Below are positions 46,799 to 57,015 of a stretch of DNA of 64,000 nt, one piece after another; positions within the stretch are counted from its first letter, which is position 1; the number at the start of each line of letters is the position of its first letter. The DNA comes from an uncultured bacterium. GTDB taxonomy: Bacteria; Patescibacteriota; Minisyncoccia; Phycocordibacterales; Phycocordibacteraceae. The notes beneath the pieces were generated by a model that ran no database searches, was not told the origin of the DNA, and worked only from the letters and a program-made list of their open reading frames with translations. The stretch is taken from NCBI GenBank assembly GCA_963851445.1, contig CAWKPH010000001.1, forward strand, positions 61,813-125,812, read 5' to 3'. The position numbers and the translations under genes are program-made.

Positions 46799-48625
46799 CT
46801 ATCCGAAGGTGAAAGTATAGGCTTGAAGACCAGCACCCATGACTTTAATCATGACGGTATGCACTCCTGGAGTTGCATCCTGCACGAGTGTGTACAACCG
46901 ATCCGCGCCAATGACTGCGGTAGAGGTTGTTGGATTCACATCACTTCCCGCAAGTTTCCCAACTGGCGCGCCATCAAGAAATACTTCAATGGTCGTAGGT
47001 GTTTGAGCGCTTGCTACCATATAAAGATTGTGGGCGTCATACATGTACTCGATGGTATCGGAAGTTCCTACTGTCTGCGCATACTCTGGCTCAAAATCCC
47101 ATGTACCTCCGAGATAGAGTGCGTTAGGACCGATTGCTCCTGAAGGAATCGTGAGCGTCTGATCTCCCGATTGGCCCTGCGTCCCATTTGCTAGGTATCC
47201 ATTCCTATTCGAACCGAAATAGGTTTCCGGGCTCTGTATTGCATCGAGGCCGGGGTCGGGGAGGGTTGTTAGAGGAGTGCTTGTAACAGACGTTGCTATA
47301 CCTAGACGTGCAGCGCGCTCAGCAAGCGCTGCTTGTATAGCTTTTTCAGTCTCACTATAATCGCCTTCACCTGCATGATCATCGGTTATGTATCCATCAA
47401 TGTCGATGACATAGTCGTGCGGCCAGTATTCGTTACCATAGGCATTCCAAGTGTTGTATTCATTATCAAGCACGACTGGATAGGTTATGCCGAATTGCTT
47501 GAGCGCTGCGGCTACATTGCTCACAAGATGCTCAAATGCAAATTCAGGTGTTGATACGCCGATGATGACGAGGCCCTGATCCTTGTACTTCGCATACCAC
47601 GATTCGAGGTATGGAAGTGTGCGCTGACAGTTGATGCAACTATAGGTCCAGAAATCGAGGAGTACAACGTTTCGTTCGCGATATCCTGCAAGCGTGATGG
47701 GCTTACCGCCCGTATTGAGATAAGCATCAGGCATCACGAGTTCTGGTGCAAGATGATACTGTGCATTCTTCATTGCAAGTGTCGCTGCTGATGGCGGAGA
47801 AACTACTTGAGATGAGGCATCTGGTTGAAGGTATGTCGTGGCAATACTGGTTGACGCAGTACCTTCTTCGTTTGGTGTTGAGCTTCCTGTACTACCTAGT
47901 GTAGTTCCCTGCTTTGCTAAAAGACCTTGCTCGATTTTCGTCTCATCAAAGACACTGTAAAGCGGCGCCTCGATGGCTGCAGCGAAACCCGTAATGATCA
48001 GGATGCCGATGAGAATGAAAATTGCACCAATAGTTCGTTTGAGCCACCCATTTGGATCAGACGCGATATTCAACCTATCCATGATGCGCTGACCAACGAA
48101 TGATATGAGAAGCAGTGAAACGCACATGCCGACGATATACGCGAGAATATCAGCAATACCTACCGAAAGACTAACGGGCAGTACCGTTGCAAGAACAAGG
48201 AAATAGGTGGGACTACAGGAAGAGAATACGGGTCCAAGTGCCGCACCCACAAGAATATCTCCCCAAAATGTTTGTTTGTTGAATGCGCTCGACATTGCAT
48301 CACTTGAACGGCTGTTCATTTTGGCCGCAAATGGAATCATGTCCCACAATTTCGGGAACAACATAAAAAGTCCGATGACTATAATCAATCCCCCGGAGAA
48401 CGTAGTCCAAAACCAGGGCGGCACTGCGATAAAAACGGTTGAGACCTTAAGAAGTAGTGTGAAAAGAAATACCGATATGCCAAGCGAGAGAGTGACAGTA
48501 GCTGCGCGTCGTATACTTGTTCCCCCTGCGAGTGATCCGCCAACGACAACTGGTAAAAAAGGAAGAACACAGGGTGAAAGAACTGTAAGTACGCCCGCTA
48601 AAAGTGCTATAAGAAATAGTGCCAT
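46799..48625 (-). CDS. CcdA/DsbD-like cytochrome c biogenesis transmembrane domain fused to thioredoxin-like (redoxin) domain and an extra C-terminal beta-rich domain
   Basis: 608 aa ORF: N-terminal polytopic region with LSPCVLP and SSCSP cysteine pairs, then WTYSCINCQ thioredoxin motif, then a ~180-aa C-terminal domain. Confidence 0.75.
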   Translation of the reverse strand: MALFLIALLAGVLTVLSPCVLPFLPVVVGGSLAGGTSIRRAATVTLSLGISVFLFTLLLKVSTVFIAVPPWFWTTFSGGLIIVIGLFMLFPKLWDMIPFAAKMNSRSSDAMSSAFNKQTFWGDILVGAALGPVFSSCSPTYFLVLATVLPVSLSVGIADILAYIVGMCVSLLLISFVGQRIMDRLNIASDPNGWLKRTIGAIFILIGILIITGFAAAIEAPLYSVFDETKIEQGLLAKQGTTLGSTGSSTPNEEGTASTSIATTYLQPDASSQVVSPPSAATLAMKNAQYHLAPELVMPDAYLNTGGKPITLAGYRERNVVLLDFWTYSCINCQRTLPYLESWYAKYKDQGLVIIGVSTPEFAFEHLVSNVAAALKQFGITYPVVLDNEYNTWNAYGNEYWPHDYVIDIDGYITDDHAGEGDYSETEKAIQAALAERAARLGIATSVTSTPLTTLPDPGLDAIQSPETYFGSNRNGYLANGTQGQSGDQTLTIPSGAIGPNALYLGGTWDFEPEYAQTVGTSDTIEYMYDAHNLYMVASAQTPTTIEVFLDGAPVGKLAGSDVNPTTSTAVIGADRLYTLVQDATPGVHTVMIKVMGAGLQAYTFTFG

Positions 48626-48725
48626 AAACTTTGTCTAGGAATATATAGCAAGTGTAGTTAATTTTTTAAGCTATGTAAAGCGAGCTTTACATAGGTTGTG
48701 GATGACTTCCAATTCACTTTTTAAG

Positions 48726-49094
48726 TTATCCATGAGTGTCCCGATACTCACGGGTTCCAAGTTTTGCAAGGATCATTACCGCTAATGTTGCTGGTATCCA
48801 CAAATCTATGGTGTGTGTAAGACCCTGGTATATAAGTGCGATTGTGAGCATGCCTGCGGCTACGAGATACGCAGTACGTCCGGAAATCGTCCGATTAATT
48901 TCTTCGCGCTCATCGCGAGCATTTTCGGTAAGCACAAATCCCACCCACACGAAGACAAGGGCTGTTACACCCGTCAGTACCACCATAAGGAGTGTGCTAG
49001 GCATCCAGAACATAAAAGGATTCGAAAGAAGCACGAGGAGTGCGACAAGTGCGAAGGTAACGAGGTATTCGAAGAATCTGCGAGGGGTTTTCAT
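48726..49094 (-). CDS. Hypothetical membrane protein (DUF2178-like) co-transcribed with an XRE regulator
   Basis: 122 aa ORF with 3-4 TM helices, overlapping the upstream HTH gene by 4 nt. Confidence 0.4.
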   Translation of the reverse strand: MKTPRRFFEYLVTFALVALLVLLSNPFMFWMPSTLLMVVLTGVTALVFVWVGFVLTENARDEREEINRTISGRTAYLVAAGMLTIALIYQGLTHTIDLWIPATLAVMILAKLGTREYRDTHG

Positions 49095-49300
49095 ATAGGT
49101 GAGATATAAAAGAGATCTTCGACAGGCATGCCGAATGTGTGTGCTAGCTCGAGCGCTAGTGAAACCGATGGCGTGTAGTTCCCTTTCTCAATAGCAATAA
49201 TGGTCTGTCGAGAGACTCCGACACGCTCTGCAAGCATTTCTTGAGTCATGCCACGGTCGATACGTACTTTGTTGATGTCATTTCTTACTTCCCGGGCCAT
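49091..49300 (-). CDS. XRE-family helix-turn-helix transcriptional regulator
   Basis: …RIDRGMTQEMLAERVGVSRQTIIAIEKGNYTPSVSLALELAHTFGMPVEDLF… is an HTH_3 domain. Start placed at the internal Met MAREV. Confidence 0.7.
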   Translation of the reverse strand: MAREVRNDINKVRIDRGMTQEMLAERVGVSRQTIIAIEKGNYTPSVSLALELAHTFGMPVEDLFYISPI

Positions 49301-49363
49301 GCGACTACTATAGAAGTATACAAAGTCTATGTCAAAGGAACTTGTCATTCGTTTTTAAGACCC

Positions 49364-50104
49364 TTACGAAGTTGTGTAGTCACCTACTTGGTCAGCGCAG
49401 TAATTCGTATTATTGCTCAAGAACGCGCATAACGTGAAATCAATACCTTGGTCCGTAGCGCTATATGTATAAGGCTCGTGCGTGAAGGGGTCAGTGGGTA
49501 TGATTTGCAAGTAATTTGGAGCAAGTTCATTGAGTGAATCAGGATACGTATTTTGGTTATCGAAATACGCGCCCAGTGCCTTTTGAATCGTTTGTATATC
49601 AGATTCCCGCAAGGTATCAACGGTGGTTCCATCGACTTGAACTCCCTCGGTCTGACCTGGTGTAGTTGTTGTAGCGGGAATTTGTGATGCGGGCGTAGGA
49701 TTGCCGAAGAATCTTGGGTCAATAGATCCCTCGACCCTATTTACAGTGGATACCGCAGTTGGTACCCACAGGTTTTGTGTAAACATAAGTGTACCGCCCA
49801 GGATAATAAGGATACCGAGAAATATGCTTGTCGAGACGATTGCAGCTGATGTTCTTTGCTTTGGAGAATTGTCGGGAACATATTGGGTTGCTTGAACAGG
49901 TGCTGGCTCGGCGTTTACTTGCACTACAGGCATGGGGGTTCCTGGTGCAGGGGTAACGTTGGCGTAAAGGAACTCATTAAAGCCAGCATTAATATCCTCT
50001 ATCTCCCAGTGGTTTTCGAGTAATACACGCGTAATCTGCTCACGGGCTATCCCTTTTGAGAATCCTTTACGGATGAAATCTATAAGCTCGGCAGGTACTG
50101 CCAT
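49364..50104 (-). CDS. Hypothetical membrane-anchored extracytoplasmic protein
   Basis: 246 aa ORF with one TM helix in the middle. No family assigned. Confidence 0.4.
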   Translation of the reverse strand: MAVPAELIDFIRKGFSKGIAREQITRVLLENHWEIEDINAGFNEFLYANVTPAPGTPMPVVQVNAEPAPVQATQYVPDNSPKQRTSAAIVSTSIFLGILIILGGTLMFTQNLWVPTAVSTVNRVEGSIDPRFFGNPTPASQIPATTTTPGQTEGVQVDGTTVDTLRESDIQTIQKALGAYFDNQNTYPDSLNELAPNYLQIIPTDPFTHEPYTYSATDQGIDFTLCAFLSNNTNYCADQVGDYTTS

Positions 50105-50139
50105 GATGAATAGTTAAACACAATACTACTCGCTTTTCA

Positions 50140-50523
50140 TTAAGACCCGGTGGAACCTAGATACCACAAAACGAGACCAATAATAACAGCTACAACGCCA
50201 CTTGCGACAAGGATCGAATTCGATGCGAGCTTTCGATAAAAGGATATCGAGGTGTTCGGAAAGAGTGTGATAAATGTACCCTTGATAAGCATGAGCCATC
50301 CGATGATCGTAATGACCAACTGCAGGTTAGAGCTCCAAACATTGTTGAGCCCTATCGTCACTGCTCCTGCGATGAAGGTGATTACTCCAAGGGTCCATGT
50401 TAGACCCTTGCTCTCCTTCAGATCGTTCATTACTGCCATGAAATATTTCTTATTGAGTACGGAGAGACCAACCAAAACAAATACCGCACCGAGGACTTCA
50501 GACAAAACATTTGTTGCAGCCAT
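50140..50523 (-). CDS. Hypothetical 4-TM membrane protein
   Basis: 127 aa hydrophobic ORF. Confidence 0.4.
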   Translation of the reverse strand: MAATNVLSEVLGAVFVLVGLSVLNKKYFMAVMNDLKESKGLTWTLGVITFIAGAVTIGLNNVWSSNLQLVITIIGWLMLIKGTFITLFPNTSISFYRKLASNSILVASGVVAVIIGLVLWYLGSTGS

Positions 50524-50693
50524 ACGAGTGATCGTTAATAGTACCTCTAAATTCTAGCACTCTTATGTAAGCTAAAGTCGATGTTGCGAACAATCCGCCA
50601 TAAAAGCCCATTTCATTGGTCTTTTATAAACCTGGGCTCTCAAGAATACTGTTGGAACCTAGCTTGAGAAACTCGGCAAAGAGAGGCCTTGTA

Positions 50694-51887
50694 TTAGCTT
50701 TCTATAACGACCGCTGCCGTCGTGAAGGTGCTTGGGAGTGTTTCTAAGTTAGAGTACGCAGTTGAATCTGAAGGACCGTATTGAATATGATCAAGTGTTG
50801 CGTAGTAAAACTGACCTCCTCCTCCTACTTTCGAAGCTGTCACAGTAAGACTTTCGGTTTGGCCAGCCGGAATGAGGAAATTGCCGTCTGCAGTTCGAGA
50901 AGCAGTTGAGGAAACAGCTTCCGCTGTTGGGACGCTTGACGTACCTGTTCCCGAGCTATGAATAACTGGTTCGAAACCCGCCGGACCACCATAAACATAC
51001 AGAGTTTCCCCGCCTGCCGTCACATTAAAGGTAAAGGTGAAATTGCCAGTTTGTGTGGTGACACCAGATCCGTTGTTGACTACCGTCACGGCGGTGGTCG
51101 GTGTACCAACGGTCAAAGCGTTGCTTGTTATGCCAGCTCCACTTGTCGTAAGTGTACCCACTGTAAGCAGATTAGACTGAGAATCATAAGTAAGAACAGT
51201 GTAGGTTCCAGCTTTAAGAGCACCGAAGTTGGCGGACCAGTTTGTACCCGATATTGTTTCTGCTGCTGCAACTGCTGGTCCGTCTCCCTTGAGAAGCTGA
51301 CTTACTGTACCCCAATCCGTACTGCCCTTGTAATTTGGTCCTACAATCACAACTTGTGTTGGTAGGGACACTATGCCGCTCAGTGTAAAGGGTGTATTTG
51401 GTGCTGGGTGAAGACTACTCTCAGTTATCGACTCGGAGGAAGAGATGTTTTGTGTGACGCTGCATGTAGCTGTCACACCTAATGCTCCATGAAACACAAG
51501 TGTGTACGTCTTAGAGTATGGTGCTGACAATCCACTCGAGGTCCATGAGGATGTGGACTGACCATTTGCTGGTAAGTTTCCTTTACCACCTAGCAATCCA
51601 CTTGCCTCGGTCATGTAGAGGGCATTTGTGCTGCTCCAGGTAATTGTAGATTGCTGATCCGGCATGACCGATGTTGCGCTTAACGTAACATGGCATGTAG
51701 GCTTGACAGCAGCTACTGGAGGAGAAGAGATTGCGGTTACTGCAGCTGCTTGTAACGAATTAACTTGTGTAAGCAACGCTTGTAGTTCGGTCTCAAGATT
51801 GCTTATGGTGTCCGCATGGGCAAATGGCGCGATAAAGAAAAAGGCAAGGAAAACCGCTACGCCACTAAAGGCTAGTTTCTTAGTCAT
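50694..51887 (-). CDS. Secreted hypothetical protein (signal peptide, N-terminal coiled coil, beta-rich Ser/Thr/Gly-rich body)
   Basis: 397 aa ORF with a signal peptide. No family assigned. Confidence 0.45.
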   Translation of the reverse strand: MTKKLAFSGVAVFLAFFFIAPFAHADTISNLETELQALLTQVNSLQAAAVTAISSPPVAAVKPTCHVTLSATSVMPDQQSTITWSSTNALYMTEASGLLGGKGNLPANGQSTSSWTSSGLSAPYSKTYTLVFHGALGVTATCSVTQNISSSESITESSLHPAPNTPFTLSGIVSLPTQVVIVGPNYKGSTDWGTVSQLLKGDGPAVAAAETISGTNWSANFGALKAGTYTVLTYDSQSNLLTVGTLTTSGAGITSNALTVGTPTTAVTVVNNGSGVTTQTGNFTFTFNVTAGGETLYVYGGPAGFEPVIHSSGTGTSSVPTAEAVSSTASRTADGNFLIPAGQTESLTVTASKVGGGGQFYYATLDHIQYGPSDSTAYSNLETLPSTFTTAAVVIES

Positions 51888-52005
51888 ACGAGCTGAAAGT
51901 GAATATGTTTAATACCTTAAGAATACACTGACTTCTACTCAGCGTATTGGGAGATGGGGATAGTTACGATGGAATCAATAGACATCCCGCACACATGCCT
52001 CATGC

Positions 52006-52063
52006 GAAGCTTGTATTTACGTATCCAAACGACCCGTACTCTTGTGGGCGCTGTTGGAACCAG
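52006..52063 (+). repeat. Intact copy (X) of a ~58-nt repeated element: A-part (GAAGCTTGTATTTAC…TCCAAACGA) plus B-part (CGCTGTTGGAACCAG)
   Basis: A-part is ~80% identical over ~45 nt to 56931..56975. B-part 15-mer is identical to 57546..57560. Order and orientation are the same. Confidence 0.5.
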
Positions 52064-52082
52064 AGTCGTTAGGGATTTTTAA

Positions 52083-55000
52083 TCAGTTTTCCTCTGTAGC
52101 AAACTGTGCCTTCACGGCCTTGCCCGGCCAGCGTGTATAGATTATCGGGATGAGGAGGAGTGTCAGCAACAGTGAAAAAGCGAGACCGAACATAATAGTG
52201 AACGCGAGCGGACCCCACTCCGGTGAGACAAGGGAAAGAGGAATCATGCCAATGACTGTGGTGATGGTCGTAAGTAGAATCGGTCGTAGTCGTATCGATG
52301 CCGCCTGTACAACAACTTCATCTAGTGTCCGCCCCCCGTGTTCCCTACCGATACGGGAAATAGAGTCCATGAGTATGATCGCGTGATTTATGATGACACC
52401 CGCAAGCGCAACGATACCGAGCATCGCTGGAAATGAGAGGGTGGAGTTCGTAATGAATAGGCCCGCAAAGACACCAGTAAGCGAGAGAGGGACGATGAGT
52501 AGTAAATACAGGGACTGCCTGAATGAATTAAACTCCAGGACCAAGATGGCGAGCATGAGTACGAGTCCGGCAATGAAAGCGATAACGACATCACTGAACG
52601 AATTTGCGATGCTCTGCGCATCTCCCTGTACGTTGATCGTAACGCCGGTAGGAATCTGCGAGGCAAATTTCTTTTCGAACTCTTGGGTGATTTGTGTCGC
52701 GTTACCTGTATTGGTCACGTCGGATGAAAGCGTTACGTCACGGTTGCCGTTGTCATGATCGATCTCCGTCTGGGACGGCTGATACGAAACCGTAGCTATC
52801 GACGAAAGTGGCACGGGGCCATTCGCGCTAGGAACCGTAAGAGCCTCAATGGCATCAATCGTCGTGTTCGTCGTCTGGCTTGGATCAGTATAGTTTGGAT
52901 TAAGTGCGATCTTCACATACACATCGATCTGGTTCGTGCCTGATTCAAGCGACGTCGCTTCGGTCCCATAGAGCGCAGAACGGAGCGTGCCCGCCACCAC
53001 AGTTGGCGAAATACCGAGATTCGCGGCTTCAGCTGCATTCAGCGTGATATCAAATTCTGAGCTGTCATTCTTTGTACTGGTGGTGACATTCGTTGTGCCT
53101 GGAATCTGTGCCAGTACCTGAGCACCCTTTTCCACAGTTTCGGTAAGTAGTGCGGTATCAGTGCCCTCGAATTCAATCGATACAGGCGCGCTGGTTGAGG
53201 GTCCAGAAACTGGTCCTGATACGGTAACGTCGGCATCTTTTACCGGTGCCAGCTCCGTACGAAGATCCTCAATATATTTATTACTATCTTCATGGCCTGA
53301 TTTGAGGGTGACGGTTATATTGGCCACCTGGCTTCCCGAGGATCCGCCGCCAGTAAATGCGCTGCCCTGTCCCACACTCGTCACAAAATTCGCGATCCGC
53401 TTGTCGTTATAGAGAATCTCTTCCACCTCGCGCGTCGCAAGGTCGGTGGTGCTAAGCACGGTTCCCACCGGTTCTTCAATCTGTACATAAACCGAATCTG
53501 TAGAACTCGCTGGAAAGAAATCAACTTTTATTAATCCTAGTACAGGGAACATCATTGCGATGACAAAGAGAATACCCATTGTCCAGAGGAAGCGGTTCTG
53601 GAATGTGCGGTCGTGAAGCACGTTCGACAAGAACTTCACATACCACGTCTTTATGCGATGCATGATGCGCTCCTGATTACTTTCTTTTATATGCCTTTTT
53701 GGCGGCTTCACGAAAAAGGTCGCAAGGAGTGGCACCATACCGAGTGCAACACAGATGGAAGCAAGGAGTACGAAAATGATAGTGAACGGAATACTTTGAA
53801 TGAACTTGCCTACAATGCCGCTTAGAAAAAGAAGCGGCACGAATACCGCAATAGTAGCGCAGGTACCAGCGAAGAGTGGCAAGGCGTAATCATGGAGCGC
53901 CTCGACCGCCGCGTTGAAGCGATTTTCTCCAGCTTCAATATGTGTATGAATGGCTTCGACGACCACGATACCTGAATCTACGAGAATACCTATGGCGAGA
54001 ATAAGAGCGAACAATGAAATGAAGTTCAGTGTGTTGCCTGAAAAATCCAAGCCGATGAACGCTATAAGAAACGAGAGAGGAATTGAGGCGGCCGCCACGA
54101 CCGCTTCACGCCATCCGAGTGTGAGAAGGAGAATAACGATTACAAGCGCTACCGTTTCGAGACCTGCTTGGGTCAGTTCGGATAGATCCTGGTCGACGAG
54201 CATCGAGCCGTCACTCGTGATAACGACTTGTGTGCCTGAGAGTGTGGTCTTCTGGAGCGTAGCAATCTCTTTTTTTACTGCTGTTCCAACCGTATCTATG
54301 TTACTGTCGGTACTTTTGTAAACAGAGAGCGTGAGCGCTGGTTGAGAAGGATGACCGCCTACCGATACACGCGAGTACGTCGTGGGGTCCTCAAGACCAT
54401 CGACGACATTTGCTACTTCGCCTACCGTTACCGTTGCTCCCGAAGGCGTCGTGAACGACACGTTCGCTACGTCTTCAGGAGTTGCGACACTTGCATCGAG
54501 TCTTACGTCGTAGGAAACACCGCTAACAGTGATAGAGCCTTCGGGCGATGCAAGACTCGCAGCAGAAATGGCGCTCGTGATGTCTGAGATGCTAATCCCA
54601 TATTGCTGTAGTGCCGACTGCTGAACAATCACTTGTACCTCGCGAGGCTGGACCCCGGTGAGATCGACGGTAGCAACGCCTGACACGCGTTCTAAATCGG
54701 TTTGTACTTCCTGCCCAAGTTCAGTAAGCTCTCCCGGTGCTAGATCCCCTGAAACGGAAGCAACGATGACGGGCTGGTTTGTGAAGTTTACCTGTGTTAC
54801 GGTAGGCGTTTTCGCCTCCGCGGGGAGCTCGCTCTGAAGCTGGTTTACTTCATTCTGAAGCGATTGGATAGACTGATTGACATCAGCATTTGCATCAAAC
54901 TGTACTTCGATGGTGGAAACACCGTCTACAGATGATGAGGTGACTTCCGATACATTCGAAAGTCCAAGCACACCGTTTTCAATCTTATTCGTTACGAGCT

Positions 55001-55184
55001 GCTCGACATCACTTGCCGATGCACCAGGAAGAATAGTTGTTACGATACCGATCGGAATCGAGATGGCTGGAGAGGCTTCCTTGGGTATGGTTAAAACTGC
55101 ATAGAGGCCCGAGAATACAAGCGCAATCATCAAGAGCACCGTGAAATGTTCTCTTTTCAGGAAGAATTTCCAAAATCCGGTCAT
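52083..55184 (-). CDS. RND superfamily efflux transporter permease (AcrB/HAE-like, 12 TM)
   Basis: 1033 aa ORF with AcrB-like domain order and conserved TM4 and TM10 regions. Confidence 0.9.
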   Translation of the reverse strand: MTGFWKFFLKREHFTVLLMIALVFSGLYAVLTIPKEASPAISIPIGIVTTILPGASASDVEQLVTNKIENGVLGLSNVSEVTSSSVDGVSTIEVQFDANADVNQSIQSLQNEVNQLQSELPAEAKTPTVTQVNFTNQPVIVASVSGDLAPGELTELGQEVQTDLERVSGVATVDLTGVQPREVQVIVQQSALQQYGISISDITSAISAASLASPEGSITVSGVSYDVRLDASVATPEDVANVSFTTPSGATVTVGEVANVVDGLEDPTTYSRVSVGGHPSQPALTLSVYKSTDSNIDTVGTAVKKEIATLQKTTLSGTQVVITSDGSMLVDQDLSELTQAGLETVALVIVILLLTLGWREAVVAAASIPLSFLIAFIGLDFSGNTLNFISLFALILAIGILVDSGIVVVEAIHTHIEAGENRFNAAVEALHDYALPLFAGTCATIAVFVPLLFLSGIVGKFIQSIPFTIIFVLLASICVALGMVPLLATFFVKPPKRHIKESNQERIMHRIKTWYVKFLSNVLHDRTFQNRFLWTMGILFVIAMMFPVLGLIKVDFFPASSTDSVYVQIEEPVGTVLSTTDLATREVEEILYNDKRIANFVTSVGQGSAFTGGGSSGSQVANITVTLKSGHEDSNKYIEDLRTELAPVKDADVTVSGPVSGPSTSAPVSIEFEGTDTALLTETVEKGAQVLAQIPGTTNVTTSTKNDSSEFDITLNAAEAANLGISPTVVAGTLRSALYGTEATSLESGTNQIDVYVKIALNPNYTDPSQTTNTTIDAIEALTVPSANGPVPLSSIATVSYQPSQTEIDHDNGNRDVTLSSDVTNTGNATQITQEFEKKFASQIPTGVTINVQGDAQSIANSFSDVVIAFIAGLVLMLAILVLEFNSFRQSLYLLLIVPLSLTGVFAGLFITNSTLSFPAMLGIVALAGVIINHAIILMDSISRIGREHGGRTLDEVVVQAASIRLRPILLTTITTVIGMIPLSLVSPEWGPLAFTIMFGLAFSLLLTLLLIPIIYTRWPGKAVKAQFATEEN

Positions 55185-55187
55185 GAG

Positions 55188-56843
55188 CTATTGGCTAGCT
55201 GCACTGGCACCTGTGTTGCCACTTGTGGGAGAACTCGATGCTACAAGCACGGCGTCTCCTGCTGAGAGACCGCGCGCATCCGTGACTATTTCAAGGTTGG
55301 CGGGAAGCGCCGTTGTTATTTGTATAAGATCGCCTATGACCTGACCAATCTGCACCGCATGTGCGACGAGATGTCCGGTCGAATCAACGGTAAAGACATC
55401 TCGCTCATTCGGAAGGAGTTTTACCGCGGTGAGAGGGACTTCAATATTCGGAGTTGTGGATGCTATTCCTTGAGTCGAAGTCGCTACGGTAGTAGCGGAG
55501 GTGGGCAGTGGCGGAAGTGCTACTTGCACGGACTGCCCATTCACAAGGTCTGCACCTGCGTTCACCGCAACCTCGACTTCAATTTGTTCTGTCGTGGGAT
55601 CGAGCGCTGGTGCAATGGTTGTCACCACGCCACTGTAGGAATTGTCGATAGTAAGCGTATCGCCTATCATCAAACGATTTGCATCTTGCTGCGAGAGCTC
55701 TAGGATTACTTGAAGCGCATTATTTTGAGCAACAGTTGCGACATGTTGATCAAGGCTTACATAATTCCCAACGGTAATCGGAAGATAATTAACCGTACCC
55801 GCAAATGGTGCACGTATGATGGTCTTTTCATAAGCAGCCTGCGCAGCGCGTAGTCCCCCAAGCGCTTCTTCAACGCTCGCCTGCGAACTGGTAACTCCTG
55901 CACCAGAAGAATCATTAGTGCTTTGTGTTTGACCGACTGCTGCTGCAGTGACACTTGCGTTATAGGACGTTTGAGCATTTGTTACACCTGCCTGTAATGT
56001 GCTAACAGTACTTTGTGCCGCGGCAAGACCAGCAAGTTGTGCAGCGGTTGCGCCCGATCCCTGCATGCTCGCAAGCGTCGTTAGACTCGTGAGGAAGGAC
56101 GCAATCGTTGTTAGATTGCTTTGCGCTGTTGAAAGGAGTGTCAACGGATCGGTCGTGTTGGCGGTTGCGAGGCTTGCCTGCCAATTCTGCATAAGAACCA
56201 TGATGTTTGCGTCCTCGCGCGAAAATGTGTAGTTGGTGTTAAGTGTGTTGATAAGCAATTCCGGTCCTACCGGCGTATTATTACCAAAAAGTGTGCTTAC
56301 ATCTGTCGCGAGCACATCCTGTAAACTTGTGTACGTTGATTGATAGGTGTTGCGTGCCGATGTCTGTGCCTGTGCAAGCGAGACTGTTGAGTTTTGGGAT
56401 TGTAGCGACGTCGCGTGTTCTGCAGCAACCGCTGCATCGTATGCCCCTTGCGCCTGTAATACCGCAGCATCTGCTGCAGATCCATCAAGACTCGCAATGA
56501 CGAATCCCGCGGGAACCGTTGCACCGAGTGTCGTATTGACGGCTTCGACCGTTCCTGCCGATTGTGCAAGAATATTTGCCTCGCTTACTGACTGAACCGT
56601 TCCGGTAACGAAAACACCGTCAGTACTCTCATTAAAGGAATCAAGACTCGCAAGTGTTACCGTCGGCACTGAGCCAGAAGCTGTAGCGGGCTTGGTAATA
56701 TGGGCGAGTGCGAGTCCTCCACCTATGATGATAAGAACTATTACGCCGATAATGATTTGTGTACGGCGCGAAAATGAAGAAAACTTTTTCCAAAGTTTTG
56801 TAAAAAAAGCGCCAACCCGCGCGACTGCGGAGGATAGATTCAT
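55188..56843 (-). CDS. Efflux RND periplasmic adaptor subunit (membrane fusion protein) with long coiled coil
   Basis: 551 aa ORF with an N-terminal TM, extended Ala/Gln/Thr-rich coiled coil, lipoyl and beta-barrel regions. A 3-nt gap to the permease indicates an operon. Confidence 0.8.
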   Translation of the reverse strand: MNLSSAVARVGAFFTKLWKKFSSFSRRTQIIIGVIVLIIIGGGLALAHITKPATASGSVPTVTLASLDSFNESTDGVFVTGTVQSVSEANILAQSAGTVEAVNTTLGATVPAGFVIASLDGSAADAAVLQAQGAYDAAVAAEHATSLQSQNSTVSLAQAQTSARNTYQSTYTSLQDVLATDVSTLFGNNTPVGPELLINTLNTNYTFSREDANIMVLMQNWQASLATANTTDPLTLLSTAQSNLTTIASFLTSLTTLASMQGSGATAAQLAGLAAAQSTVSTLQAGVTNAQTSYNASVTAAAVGQTQSTNDSSGAGVTSSQASVEEALGGLRAAQAAYEKTIIRAPFAGTVNYLPITVGNYVSLDQHVATVAQNNALQVILELSQQDANRLMIGDTLTIDNSYSGVVTTIAPALDPTTEQIEVEVAVNAGADLVNGQSVQVALPPLPTSATTVATSTQGIASTTPNIEVPLTAVKLLPNERDVFTVDSTGHLVAHAVQIGQVIGDLIQITTALPANLEIVTDARGLSAGDAVLVASSSPTSGNTGASAASQ

Positions 56844-56887
56844 GCCAGAAAAGCTTGTATCGAGTTTCGGGGGGCACTCATAGTCGA

Positions 56888-56916
56888 ATTATAGCATTTT
56901 AGACACTAGTTTCTAA
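56888..56916 (-). promoter_or_regulatory. Candidate promoter of the RND operon (minus strand: -35 TTAGAA, 17-nt spacer, -10 TATAAT)
   Basis: Consensus -10 lies about 45 nt upstream of the adaptor ATG. Confidence 0.35.
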
Positions 56917-56936
56917 CGTTCCTTAGGTCGCCATAC

Positions 56937-56964
56937 GAGCTTGTATTTACTTCTCCAAAACCGA
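56937..56964 (+). repeat. A-part copy (Y) of the repeated element
   Basis: GAGCTTGTATTTACTTCTCCAAAACCGA versus X GAAGCTTGTATTTACGTATCCAAACGA. Confidence 0.45.
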
Positions 56965-57015
56965 TGCGCGTCTTAGCGGATACTATCCGCAGTAAATGAA
57001 ATAGCGGCTGAAGTT

